Positions 1 to 8,830 of a DNA stretch of 64,000 nucleotides are shown here, piece by piece. The stretch covers positions 4,032,001 through 4,096,000 of the forward strand of contig OZ250169.1 of assembly GCA_965237955.1 (NCBI GenBank). Reading direction: 5' to 3'. Numbering within the stretch: the stretch's first letter is position 1; the number at the start of each line of letters is the position of its first letter. Under the pieces are notes generated by a model. It was not told where the DNA came from. It ran no database searches and worked only from the letters and a program-made list of their open reading frames with translations. Source of the stretch: Candidatus Marinacidobacterales bacterium. Its GTDB lineage: Bacteria; Acidobacteriota; Vicinamibacteria; Marinacidobacterales; SMYC01. The translations under genes and the position numbers were made by a program.

Positions 1-1096
1 GGGAATCTGATCGGCATGCTGCGCGAAGGTTTCCGCGCGGCCGGCGCGGGACGCGCTCGCCGACTACCAGGCCCAGCAATCGCCGGAAGAGATCGATCGT
101 GTGCGCCGCCAACACGTACAGCTTGCGGCCGATGACGCTATGAAAAACGGCATCACCAGCTTTCAAGACATGGGATCGAGCTTCGAGACGATCGACCTGC
201 TCAAGACCATGGCCGACGAAAGCAATTTGCCGATTCGGCTCTACATGGCCGTTCAGGAGACCGCCGAGGACATGAAGGACAAGCTCGCCGACTACCGCAT
301 GGTGGGCTACGGCGATGGCTATCTCACCGTGCGCACCATCGGTGAGAAAGTGCTCGACGGCGCGCTCGGAACCCACGGCGGCTGGTTACTCGAACCGTAC
401 ACGGATCTGCCACGAAGCGCCGGCTTCGAAGTCACGCCCGTAACCGAGATCGAGGCGTCGGCTGCGCTCACGATGGAGCACGACTACCAGATGGCGATCC
501 AGGGCATCGGCGATCGTGCCGCGCGGATTCTTTTCGACATTTACGAGAAGGAGTTCGAAAAGAACTACGCCAAAAGTGATTTCCGGTGGCGTATCGAGCA
601 TGCTCAAGTCATCCATCCCGACGACTTGCCGCGGTTTGCCGAGCTCGGTGTCATTCCAGGCATCCAAGGTGTCTTCGCGTGCTCCGACGGTCCCTGGGTC
701 GTCGATCGTCTCGGCGAAGAGCGCACCCAGGAGCGCGGCTACATCTACCGTTCCATGATCGAATCGGGTGCCATCGTCCAAAACGGAACCGATCCGCCGG
801 TCGAGGAGATCGATTCCATCGCGAGCTTCGACTGTTCGGTTACGAGGCGACTTCCGGACGGATCCATCTTCAACGCCGACGAAGCGATGACGCGCGAGCA
901 AGCCCTTCGCTCGCACACCATCAATAATGCTTTTGCCGCGTTCGAAGAGGACGAGAAGGGCTCGCTCACACCGGGGAAATACGCCGACATCACCGTGTTG
1001 TCGAAAGACCTGATGACGATTCCCGACGACGAGATCCGCACGACCGAGGTCGTGTACACGATCATCGGCGGCGAGGTGAAGTACGAAAATCGGTGA
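1..1096 (+). CDS. Amidohydrolase (Amidohydro_3 / YtcJ-like), 5'-partial
   Basis: Motifs DGALGTHG, RWRIEHAQ, GTDPPVE, GSLTPGKYAD. The frame extends upstream of 101 and appears to shift near 30 (GNLIGMLRE in frame 1), so the gene starts before the window. Confidence 0.9.
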
Positions 1097-1805
1097 TCAC
1101 GAAGCGCATCTCTGGGTCGTACGACCGGACGATATTCGTGATGAGAAGCTTCTCCGCGCCTACGGCGAGCTCCTCACGGAGGACGAGCGCCAAAAGCGCG
1201 ACCGGTTCCGCTTCGAAAAAGACCAGCACAGCTGCCTCGTAACCCGCGCGCTCGTGCGGACGGTTCTATCGAAGTACACGGACGTGCCGCCCGAAGCGTG
1301 GCGCTTCGTCACCAACGAGTACGGCCGACCCGAGATCGAGCAGCCCAAAGACGCGATGTGGATGAAGTTCAACCTATCGCACACCAACGGCCTCATCGCC
1401 TGCATCGTCGCCCGCGATCGGGAAGTCGGCGTCGATGTAGAGGATCGCGAGCGACGAGGCCGCCTATTGAACGTGGCCGACCGCTACTTCTCACCGTCGG
1501 AAGTAGAAGCGCTCCGAGCGCTCCCCGAGAACGAACAGCTCGATCGGTTCTTCCTTTACTGGACGCTGAAGGAATCCTACATCAAGGCCCGCGGCATGGG
1601 CCTCGCGATCCCGCTATCGCAGTTCTCGTTCGCCGTCGCCTCCGATATCTCGATCGCGTTCGACCCCAAACTCGACGACGACCCCGACAGTTGGCAGTTC
1701 ACCGCCATGAGCTTCGGCCCCCGCCACGCGCTCGCTGCCAGCATCCGACGCGGCGCCGAAGACAATGTGCGGGTAGTACTGCACGAAACGGTACCCTTAA
1801 CTTAG
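1083..1805 (+). CDS. Sfp-type 4'-phosphopantetheinyl transferase
   Basis: FNLSHT, VGVDVE and WTLKESYIKARGMGL motifs. The open frame upstream of GTG 1254 reads TKIGDHEAHLWVV...ERQKRDRFRFEKD, typical of the Sfp N-terminus, and begins at ACG 1083 after GAGGTG. Confidence 0.9.
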   Translation, partial: TKIGDHEAHLWVVRPDDIRDEKLLRAYGELLTEDERQKRDRFRFEKDQHSCLVTRALVRTVLSKYTDVPPEAWRFVTNEYGRPEIEQPKDAMWMKFNLSHTNGLIACIVARDREVGVDVEDRERRGRLLNVADRYFSPSEVEALRALPENEQLDRFFLYWTLKESYIKARGMGLAIPLSQFSFAVASDISIAFDPKLDDDPDSWQFTAMSFGPRHALAASIRRGAEDNVRVVLHETVPLT

Positions 1806-1841
1806 GGCCCGCATCAACGGTGTAGCGGCAGGGACGAAAAC

Positions 1842-2002
1842 GGGTGCTTCCGTCAAGAAGTGTTGGCGCAATGAAGTTAAGGCTTTATGGTGCAATAGCT
1901 TAAGTCAAGTTAGGCCCTGTCAACTTCTGTTCGCGTTAAACTAAGCGCCTTCTTTGCAATAGAATGCGTACACATCACCAACAGTAGATGACGGAAGCAC
2001 CC
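1842..2002. mobile_element. MITE-like 161-bp element with terminal inverted repeats
   Basis: GGGTGCTTCCGTCA (1842-1855) and TGACGGAAGCACCC (1989-2002) form a perfect 14-bp IR that extends imperfectly to 25 bp (TGTTGG/CCAACA). The interior is AT-rich and non-coding. Confidence 0.65.
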
Positions 2003-2253
2003 AATTCTAAGTCGGCTATGGTAAGATGCGGCTCCATTTTCATACGCTCATTCGGTGAGGCATCGGGAGAAGAAAGAGCGAATTTCGAGTCTGGGCAATT
2101 CTGAGCCCTTCTGGTCGACTTGCTATGGGAATCCGACCAAATGTTCGTTTTTCGGTGAGCTGTCGACCGATAATCAACGTAACGAAGAGGGAGCTAATCT
2201 TTCCAAAGAGGGCGGCTTCCTCTGCGCGTGAGGTTGCATAAGGAGGAGAATCG

Positions 2254-2607
2254 ATGGACCGAAGACAGTTCAATAAATGGATGGGGGCCGCAGTCGCGGG
2301 AATGCTGGTGGGCTCCAATGTCTCCGCGCAGGAAAAAAAGGATGAGGAGAAGGCAGCCAAACACGTCTGTAAGGGGCTGAATGACTGTAAGGGCCAGGGC
2401 GGCTGCACGACGGCGAAGAATGACTGCTCCGGCAAGAATGACTGCAAGGGTCAGGGCGGTTGTGCGACCGTGGCGCATCACGACTGTTCCGGCAAGAACG
2501 AGTGTAAAGGCCAGGGCGGTTGCGGAGGCCAAGCGGGCAAGAATGATTGCAAGGGCCAGGGCGGCTGCGAGGTACCGCTCAACCCGGAACATCAGAAAAA
2601 GAAGTAG
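2254..2607 (+). CDS. Cys-rich repeat RiPP precursor (bufferin BufA2-like) with Tat-type signal
   Basis: RBS AGGAGGAG; N-terminal DRRQF plus hydrophobic stretch ending VSA; four (C/A)xGxNxCKGQGGC repeats, 11 Cys; directly upstream of a DUF692 gene. Confidence 0.85.
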   Translation: MDRRQFNKWMGAAVAGMLVGSNVSAQEKKDEEKAAKHVCKGLNDCKGQGGCTTAKNDCSGKNDCKGQGGCATVAHHDCSGKNECKGQGGCGGQAGKNDCKGQGGCEVPLNPEHQKKK

Positions 2608-2617
2608 TTATTGTCTT

Positions 2618-2658
2618 ATCGGGGGCCACCGGGCGACCAGTGGCCCCCGGTGTCTTTT
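2618..2658 (+). terminator. GC-rich stem-loop between precursor and MNIO gene (attenuator or mRNA stabiliser)
   Basis: CGGGGGCCAC-CGG-GCGA-CCA-GTGGCCCCCG stem with a GNRA loop, followed by TGTCTTTT. Confidence 0.6.
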
Positions 2659-2668
2659 GTAGGCGCCT

Positions 2669-3547
2669 GTGTCGGATATTCCTCTCATGAAGACGAATCG
2701 GTGGGGCTTGCCTGACCTCGGGATCGGGGTAGGTCTGCGCACCGTGCATTTCGGGTACGTTCTGGCCAACCAACCTGCTGTGGATTGGTTCGAGATTCTT
2801 TCGGAGAACTTCATGGACACGGGCGGGCGGCCGCTATACGTTTTGGACCAGGTTGCCGAGCGTTATCCGATCGCCATGCACGGTGTGTCGATGAACATCG
2901 GAAGCAAGGATCCCTTGGACTGGGATTATCTTCGCAAGCTCAAGGAGCTGGCCCGGCGGACGAAAGCACATTTGGTGTCGGACCATCTCTGCTGGACGGG
3001 AGTGGCCGGTCAGAACGTGCACGATCTTCTTCCCATGCCAACGAACGAGGAGACGCTTCGATACACCATATCTCGAGTCGGGGAGGTTTCGGATTTTCTC
3101 GAGCGTCCGCTCATCCTCGAGAATGCGTCCACTTACCTGGAGTTCGCCTCTTCGACCATGACAGAGTGCGATTTCCTGGCCCGGCTACTCGAGGAAGCCG
3201 ACTGCGGCATCTTGCTCGATGTGAACAACGTCTATGTCAGTTCTTTCAATCACGGTTTCGACCCCCGTGCTTATATTGATGCCATCCCGCCGGATCGCGT
3301 CGTCCAGTATCACCTGGCCGGACACACCAACAAGGGGACGCACATCATCGATACCCACAATGACCACGTTATCGACGAGGTCTGGGATCTCTACGGTTAC
3401 AGCCACGAGCGGACCGGGCCCGTGGCGACGCTACTCGAGTGGGACGCGGACATCCCCGAGTTTGAGGTCCTCCACGCCGAAGCGCTCAAGGTTCGAGCCT
3501 ATCGCGGACACGCGCAAGCCGAGACAGTGCAGACCCGTGGCAACTGA
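2669..3547 (+). CDS. DUF692 family multinuclear non-heme iron oxidative enzyme (MNIO; BufB/HvfB-like)
   Basis: GVGLR, WFEILSENF, HGVSMNIG, SDHLCW, LENASTY, LLDVNNVY, HLAGH, IDTH and LLEWD motifs. Alternative start ATG 2687. Confidence 0.95.
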   Translation: MSDIPLMKTNRWGLPDLGIGVGLRTVHFGYVLANQPAVDWFEILSENFMDTGGRPLYVLDQVAERYPIAMHGVSMNIGSKDPLDWDYLRKLKELARRTKAHLVSDHLCWTGVAGQNVHDLLPMPTNEETLRYTISRVGEVSDFLERPLILENASTYLEFASSTMTECDFLARLLEEADCGILLDVNNVYVSSFNHGFDPRAYIDAIPPDRVVQYHLAGHTNKGTHIIDTHNDHVIDEVWDLYGYSHERTGPVATLLEWDADIPEFEVLHAEALKVRAYRGHAQAETVQTRGN

Positions 3548-4385
3548 AATTCACCTGGATCAAGTCCAACGTTGGATGCAGGCGTTCATCGTCCATCCCG
3601 GAACCGACGAAGAAGCGCTCGAAACGGCAAGCGCAGAAGGCATTTCTGGCGAAGAGGTGCCACGCGTCGTTCTTCCCTCCTCCGCGCTCACCGCGATCGA
3701 GCGGGTGGGAATCTACCGCGGGATGTATCTACTGAGGCTGGCGGAGACCCTAGAGGTGGATTACCCTGCGGTCCAGCATTTCCTCGGAAACGAAGCCTTC
3801 ATGGAGCTGGTGAGAGGCTATGTTCACGCCTACCCACCGCGCAGCTATACGTTGAACCGGTTGGGGGATCACTTGCCCGAGTACATACGCTCGGCAAACG
3901 GCGTTCCTCGTCGGGAATTTCTTCACGATCTAGCTCGATTGGAGCTTGCGGTCACCGAGGTGTTCGATGCACCGGAGTCTCCAGTTCTGGCCACCGAGCA
4001 GATCGTCGCTATCCCAACCGATGCCTGGGAGCAAGTCCGTCTCAAGCCGATCGCAGCATTTCGACTTCTTTCCTTCCGCTACCCGGTCGAAGCCTACTTG
4101 GATTCGGTGAAGGATGAGAGTCACGATCACCCCAGGGCGCGACGAAAAGACACCTGGTTGGTCGTCTTCCGTCACAACTACGTTTGCCGACGGCTGGACC
4201 TCAGCCGCCCCGCGTACAACCTGTTGCAGGATCTAACCTCGGGCACTCCTATGGGAGATGCGATCACGTCATCCGTCCGCAAGCACCGGAGGCGGAAGGG
4301 ATTTGAAGAGGATCAACTTTTCCGACGGTTTCGCGACTGGGTGAGTGAGGGGGTTTTCCAGTCTATAGAACTACCCTCTTCCTGA
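3537..4385 (+). CDS. DUF2063 / HvfC-BufC-like MNIO partner protein
   Basis: GTG 3537 overlaps the DUF692 stop; ERVGIYRGMYLLRL, DYPAV..LG..F, LHDLARLE and FRYPV motifs are typical of this family. Confidence 0.85.
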   Translation: MATEIHLDQVQRWMQAFIVHPGTDEEALETASAEGISGEEVPRVVLPSSALTAIERVGIYRGMYLLRLAETLEVDYPAVQHFLGNEAFMELVRGYVHAYPPRSYTLNRLGDHLPEYIRSANGVPRREFLHDLARLELAVTEVFDAPESPVLATEQIVAIPTDAWEQVRLKPIAAFRLLSFRYPVEAYLDSVKDESHDHPRARRKDTWLVVFRHNYVCRRLDLSRPAYNLLQDLTSGTPMGDAITSSVRKHRRRKGFEEDQLFRRFRDWVSEGVFQSIELPSS

Positions 4386-4460
4386 CCAGGGTGGTGGCCT
4401 TGCCCCGGTCCACCTCACACCTAGCAGCTAGTAGAGCACCGTTCGGCTTTTCTCTCAGCA

Positions 4461-4506
4461 GCAATAGAATGCGTACACATCACCAACGGTAGACGGCGGA
4501 AGCACC
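4461..4506 (+). repeat. 46-bp direct copy of the right end of the MITE-like element (1956-2001)
   Basis: GCAATAGAATGCGTACACATCACCAACGGTAGACGGCGGAAGCACC versus 1956-2001: 43/46 identical. Confidence 0.9.
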
Positions 4507-4565
4507 ATCATTAGACGACGATGCGAGACCAACCGCGTGCGCTTCTTGCCGGCCACAATAATTCG

Positions 4566-5375
4566 TCAGCCCGGTAGAATCTCGCGGAGATAGGCGTCCA
4601 TTCCCTCGTCGACGTTCCAATGCCTCGGATAGCCGAGGGAGACTTCCTCGAACCGCACGCCGTCGATGATATCCGTCGAGCGTATGTGGAGATGACCGTA
4701 CACGACGACTTTGGCGCGGAACCGCACATGCCAATCTTTGGTTCGCTTCGTGCCGCACCAGAGCGAAAACCGCGGGATACGCCAGAGCCGCACCAGCTCT
4801 TGCCTCAAAGGAAAGTGATTAATAATGACGAGCGGATACTCTGCGGCCGCCTCCTCGAGCCGTTTCTCCGCGACAGCGCATCGAGCCACGCACCAGGCCT
4901 CACGGCTCGGATGTGGGTCGGGGTGGAGGTAGCGCTCGTCGGCGCAGACGATGCCGGCCTCGGCCGCCCAGTCGAGCGCCTCGTCCGCGGACACGTCGTC
5001 GGGACGGAAGGTGTAGTCGTAGAGCAGGAAGAGTGGTGCGAGCGCACAGGGTCCGCCCTCGCCCTCCCACACGACGAACGGATCCTCGGGCGTGATGACG
5101 TCGAGCTCGCGGCAAAGCTCGACGAGAGCCTGATACTTCGCTTCGCCGCGCGGCCCGTCGCGCGGGAGAGTCCACAAATCGTGATTGCCCGGCACCCACA
5201 AGACGCGATCGAATCGATCGGTCGCGATCTCGAGGGCCAACTCCAAATGTGCGAGCGTCTCACCCAGGTCGCCGCCGAGGATGAGCCAGTCGTCGGGATG
5301 TGATCCTAGAGTGTCGAGCGCCTCTCGGTTCTCCTCGAACCCGAGATGGAGGTCGCTGAGCGCGTATAGCTTCAT
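4566..5375 (-). CDS. Calcineurin-like metallophosphoesterase, PptH/Rv2795c-like (putative carrier-protein phosphopantetheinyl hydrolase)
   Basis: SDLH, GDLGE, PGNHDLW, PLFLLYDYTF, FSLWCGT, YGHLH and EVSLGYPR motifs. Confidence 0.85.
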   Translation of the reverse strand: MKLYALSDLHLGFEENREALDTLGSHPDDWLILGGDLGETLAHLELALEIATDRFDRVLWVPGNHDLWTLPRDGPRGEAKYQALVELCRELDVITPEDPFVVWEGEGGPCALAPLFLLYDYTFRPDDVSADEALDWAAEAGIVCADERYLHPDPHPSREAWCVARCAVAEKRLEEAAAEYPLVIINHFPLRQELVRLWRIPRFSLWCGTKRTKDWHVRFRAKVVVYGHLHIRSTDIIDGVRFEEVSLGYPRHWNVDEGMDAYLREILPG

Positions 5376-5878
5376 CGCACCTGGGCGAACTCAGGACGAT
5401 ACCGAGCGAGTCCTCGTATACCCTCCATCGCCGACTCGTCGAGCACGAGCAGCATGAACACTTCGTCGGGCACGTTCCACTCGCACCGCACTCCATGAGC
5501 AATCGCCCGCTCGAAGCCGAACCGCGGATAGTAGTCCGGATGCCCCAGCACAATCACGAACGGGCATCGTCGCTCCTCGAGTTTCGCTAGGCCCGCGCGA
5601 ACGAGCTCGGAGCCGATTCCGTCGCGCTGCCGCGCCGGAATGACCGCCATCGGCGCCAGCCCCATCCCCTGCACGTCGCCAAGAAAAGCCGGACTAAAAA
5701 GGATGTGACCCACGATGTCCTGATCGTCCACGGCGACGAGAGACAATAGATCCGAGCAGTTGTTTCGAAGTGTATCGACGAGTTGCGCTTCCTGAGGCTG
5801 TCCGAACGCGTCCGTGTTCACGCGCCGGATCGCATCGGCTTCGCCCGCCTGCTCCTCGCGGATCTCGATCGCTTCCAT
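5372..5878 (-). CDS. GNAT N-acetyltransferase (YhbS-like)
   Basis: IVGHILFS, LAPMAV.P..QRDGIGSEL and VLGHPDYYPRFGF motifs. Confidence 0.9.
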   Translation of the reverse strand: MEAIEIREEQAGEADAIRRVNTDAFGQPQEAQLVDTLRNNCSDLLSLVAVDDQDIVGHILFSPAFLGDVQGMGLAPMAVIPARQRDGIGSELVRAGLAKLEERRCPFVIVLGHPDYYPRFGFERAIAHGVRCEWNVPDEVFMLLVLDESAMEGIRGLARYRPEFAQVR

Positions 5879-5897
5879 CTCCAGCGAAGAGTTTAGA

Positions 5898-6263
5898 TCA
5901 TCTGACGCGTCGCCTGCGCCAAACGAAGAAGTACGCGGCGAGGTTCACGGCAACGACGAGGGCCGCGAGAACGAACTGCACGTTCCGCGTCAGCCCGTCG
6001 GGGTAGACGATCGGCAGCAGGTAACGCTCGACGAAGCTTTCCGAATATCCTTGCTCTCCGGCGTGCAGGCGGAGCCAGCTCTCGAGCGGCGTCAGAGGGC
6101 AAGTCCAATTGAAAAGCTCGATGAGCACACCCCACGCCGCAGCCGGCAGGTGTGCCCACACGATACGAGGCCAACGAGCCACGGTGAGCCCACCAAGAAC
6201 GATGAACGCGATGAAGGCGAGATGGAGCGCCAGCGTCGCGTCAGCGAGCGCTGCGTAGATCAT
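5898..6263 (-). CDS. DUF2784 family membrane protein
   Basis: LADATLALHLAFIAF, HLPAAAWG, CPLTPLE.WLR and YL.PIVYP motifs. Confidence 0.85.
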   Translation of the reverse strand: MIYAALADATLALHLAFIAFIVLGGLTVARWPRIVWAHLPAAAWGVLIELFNWTCPLTPLESWLRLHAGEQGYSESFVERYLLPIVYPDGLTRNVQFVLAALVVAVNLAAYFFVWRRRRVR

Positions 6264-6372
6264 GCGTAAGAAAGATCCCCCAGGCCAGATTTACCACCCT
6301 CGACGTAAACGCTGATATTGAGTGTCTCATCGACTCCGCACCGATATCCTATACTCCAGGTTCACTTATTAG

Positions 6373-6816
6373 TTGGAGTTCCTGCAATCGAGATCCAACG
6401 AAACACAGGCGGCGTTCTCTCCCAACGGACGATGGATCGCCTACACATCCGACGAATCCGGTCGGCGGGAGGTCTACGTTCGATCCTTTCCCGAGCCGAG
6501 AGCTAAGCGACAGGTCTCTACCGAAGGCGGATTCCGTCCTCTGTGGAACCCAAATGGACGAGAGCTTTTCTACCGTAGGGACGGCCAGATGATCGCGGTC
6601 GAGACCAAAACAGAGGGCGAGCTCGTCCTGGGCACGCCGCGGGTCCTTTTCGAGTCGGACGCTCACATGCGTCAAAGATTGAGTTACGATGTCAGCGCCG
6701 ACGGCGAGCGCTTCGTCATGATCGACCGAGGCGAATCGGTTCCGCCGTCGAGGGAGCTCGTTCTCGTCCAGAATTTCGGGGAAGAGCTGAAGCGGCTCGT
6801 TCCCACCAACAACTGA
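6373..6816 (+). pseudogene. C-terminal remnant of a Ser/Thr kinase-PD40 (TolB-like) protein
   Basis: FSPNGRWIAYTSDESGRREVYV...YDVSADGERF...VQNFGEELKRLVP parallels the C-terminus of the 37406-40048 gene. There is no kinase part and no convincing start. Confidence 0.75.
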
Positions 6817-6846
6817 ACGGCTGAGCGCTGTCTCGAATAACTTATA

Positions 6847-7242
6847 ATGAAGCCCGCTTTGAGTGGGCTTACGGAAGTCTTTTTCGTCGGCGCCGGAGGG
6901 TTCGTGGGCGCGAGCCTGAGGTTCATCATGAGTGGACTCGTCCAGCGTCTCGATCCCATGGGCACGTTTCCCTACGGGACCATGAGCGTGAACGTTCTCG
7001 GCTGTCTCGTCATCGGGATCCTGGGGGGCCTTGCCGATTCCCGTCACGTGCTCGGTCCCAACGCGCGCTTGTTCGTACTCCTCGGGGTGCTCGGGGGCTT
7101 CACGACGTTCTCGACGTTCGCGTTCGAGTCGCTCGCACTTCTAAGGGACGGTGAGAGCCTCCGCGCCGGCGCCAATGTATTCGGGAGCGTTCTCGCTTGC
7201 CTCGTCTCGGTTTGGCTCGGCTACGCGATAGGAAACCGCTGA
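6847..7242 (+). CDS. crcB: Fluoride efflux channel CrcB/FluC
   Basis: GGFVGASLRF, FPYGTMSVNVLGCLVIG and LGGFTTFSTF motifs. Confidence 0.95.
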   Translation: MKPALSGLTEVFFVGAGGFVGASLRFIMSGLVQRLDPMGTFPYGTMSVNVLGCLVIGILGGLADSRHVLGPNARLFVLLGVLGGFTTFSTFAFESLALLRDGESLRAGANVFGSVLACLVSVWLGYAIGNR

Positions 7243-7577
7243 TGACGCTTCCCAAACAAGGCCACTTGCTCCGGATCTTCATTGGCGAGCGCGACAAGGT
7301 TGGTCGAGTGCCCCTCTACGAGTGGATCGTTCGCAAGGCACGCGAGCACGGTCTCGCTGGTGCCACGGTGCTGCGCGGTCTCGAGGGCTTCGGCGCCAAG
7401 AGCCACCTACACACGGCGAAAATACTGCGGCTCTCGACGGACCTTCCCATCGTCATCGAGATCGTGGACACCAAAGAGAAAATCGAAGCATTCCTTCCGG
7501 AAATCGATGACGCCATCACCGATGGTCTAGCAACCCTCGAGAAAGTCGAAGTTCGCTTCTACCGCAGCGGGCGCTAG
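7242..7577 (+). CDS. DUF190 (PII-like) protein
   Basis: LLRIFIGE.D, GLAGATVLRGLEGFG and LSTDLPIVIEIVD motifs; TGATG coupling to crcB. Confidence 0.9.
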   Translation: MTLPKQGHLLRIFIGERDKVGRVPLYEWIVRKAREHGLAGATVLRGLEGFGAKSHLHTAKILRLSTDLPIVIEIVDTKEKIEAFLPEIDDAITDGLATLEKVEVRFYRSGR

Positions 7578-7654
7578 CAACGCCGCCTGGTTGCACTCCG
7601 CGGACTGGTCGCAGAGAATACCCTCCCCCTTGTCTCTGCGGGAGGGCTAGTGTC

Positions 7655-8021
7655 ATGAGAGATTTGGTGTTGCCTAATTTTCCCGACTCGATTCTCGAGC
7701 GCGTCGATGCGTACATCAAGCTGCTAGAGAAGCTCAATCCTGGACGGACGTGGTCGCGCGCGTCGGCTATTTCCACGCTTTCTGGTGCGCGCGTTGGCCG
7801 AAGTCGAAGGCTCCGAGCTGAGATGGAGCCGTAGGGGCGGCACGGACCGACGAGATCGCGGACGGGGCCCCGAACGACGCCAGGGTCCTGGCGACCGGCG
7901 CACGGTCGCGTATCCGGAGATGATCGATCTCGTCATCGAACAGATTCTGACGACCCATGTGGACCCGGACATGCAGAGCAGCGGAACGTGGCGCGATCGC
8001 CACGACGCGGACGATATTTGA
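7655..8021 (+). CDS. Small hypothetical protein with Arg-rich DRR/ERR repeats; one apparent frameshift near 7780
   Basis: RBS GGAGGG and ATG 7655 (MRDLVLPNFPDSILERVDAYIKLL...). After a +1 shift it continues LVRALAEVEG...RRGGTDRR..GPERRQGPGDRR. Confidence 0.45.
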
Positions 8022-8029
8022 TCCCTCGG

Positions 8030-8225
8030 TCAGCCGGCTCGAATTGCCGGTTTCTTGATCTACGTGGCATCGAAGCGCGGGCACTACCACCTCCGCGCCC
8101 TTCCTCGTGCGAGCGCACCGAGCTCGGCTCGGCGTTTCGGCGGGCGTTTCTTCCACTGCTCGCTCCCGCGATCCTGGTGGGCGGTATCCTTTTCGGAATC
8201 TTTACGCCCACGGAAGCAGGAGTGG
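8030..8225 (+). pseudogene. Internal remnant of a TRAP transporter large permease (DctM)
   Basis: FRRAFLPLLAPAILVGGILFGIFTPTEAG is the DctM signature; flanking parts are missing or frameshifted. Confidence 0.7.
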
Positions 8226-8251
8226 ATCGAGAGGTTTCTCGAAGCCCTACC

Positions 8252-8734
8252 CTAGCGCTGCGCTAGCGGCTTGATCGCACCGGCCCCTTGACCATCGACT
8301 ACGATCACGACAGGCTGCATCCGCGAGTGCTGCCAGAACGCGATGCGGTGTCGAGAGGCGAGCTTCTTTCGAAGGTAGGACACGTAGCTCTCTTCGAGCT
8401 GGAGCTGTCCGGGTGCAACGACGATCTCGGGGTTGCCTTCAGACGCTTTGATATCCGTTAGGCCGAACAGCACTTGGCGTTCAGCGATGGAGTGCTGATA
8501 CAGCGCATCCGAGAACCACGAAGCGGAGCTGGTACTCTCCGGAAGCTCTTCTTCTTCGGCGACCTTCACGTCGATCGCCAGGCTTCCGTCGGTGACGAAC
8601 TGGCGACCGTCCCCAAGCTTGGCGACCGAGGTCCACTCCGGCGTCGTGTAGCCCATGATGAGCTCGTGGCAACCGGCAAGAGAGACGAGTGCCACCAGCA
8701 GGAAGGTTTTCAAAACGGCGGGTTTTCTGCTCAT
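8252..8734 (-). CDS. Hypothetical lipoprotein
   Basis: Basic N-terminus, hydrophobic stretch and LAGC lipobox. Confidence 0.6.
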   Translation of the reverse strand: MSRKPAVLKTFLLVALVSLAGCHELIMGYTTPEWTSVAKLGDGRQFVTDGSLAIDVKVAEEEELPESTSSASWFSDALYQHSIAERQVLFGLTDIKASEGNPEIVVAPGQLQLEESYVSYLRKKLASRHRIAFWQHSRMQPVVIVVDGQGAGAIKPLAQR

Positions 8735-8772
8735 AAGAAAAGGATAGGGGACGATTCTGAAATCTGCAAACG

Positions 8773-8821
8773 CCCCCTCACCTGTCCTCGATGGCGCGTC
8801 CGCGCCATCGGGTGCGGGGGG
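8773..8821. repeat. REP-like or terminator hairpin downstream of selD
   Basis: CGATGGCGCG-TC-CGCGCCATCG perfect inverted repeat inside an outer CCCCCTCACC/GGTGCGGGGG stem. Confidence 0.5.
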
Positions 8822-8830
8822 ATCAACGCG

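Noticed and set aside
2365-2570. CRISPR-like short direct repeats
   Set aside because: The repeats are in-frame codon-level repeats of CKGQGGC with synonymous variation, and there are no cas genes.
6270-6846. Fluoride riboswitch upstream of crcB
   Set aside because: No GGCGATGG...GCTGATGAC consensus was found; the upstream DNA is a kinase-PD40 remnant.
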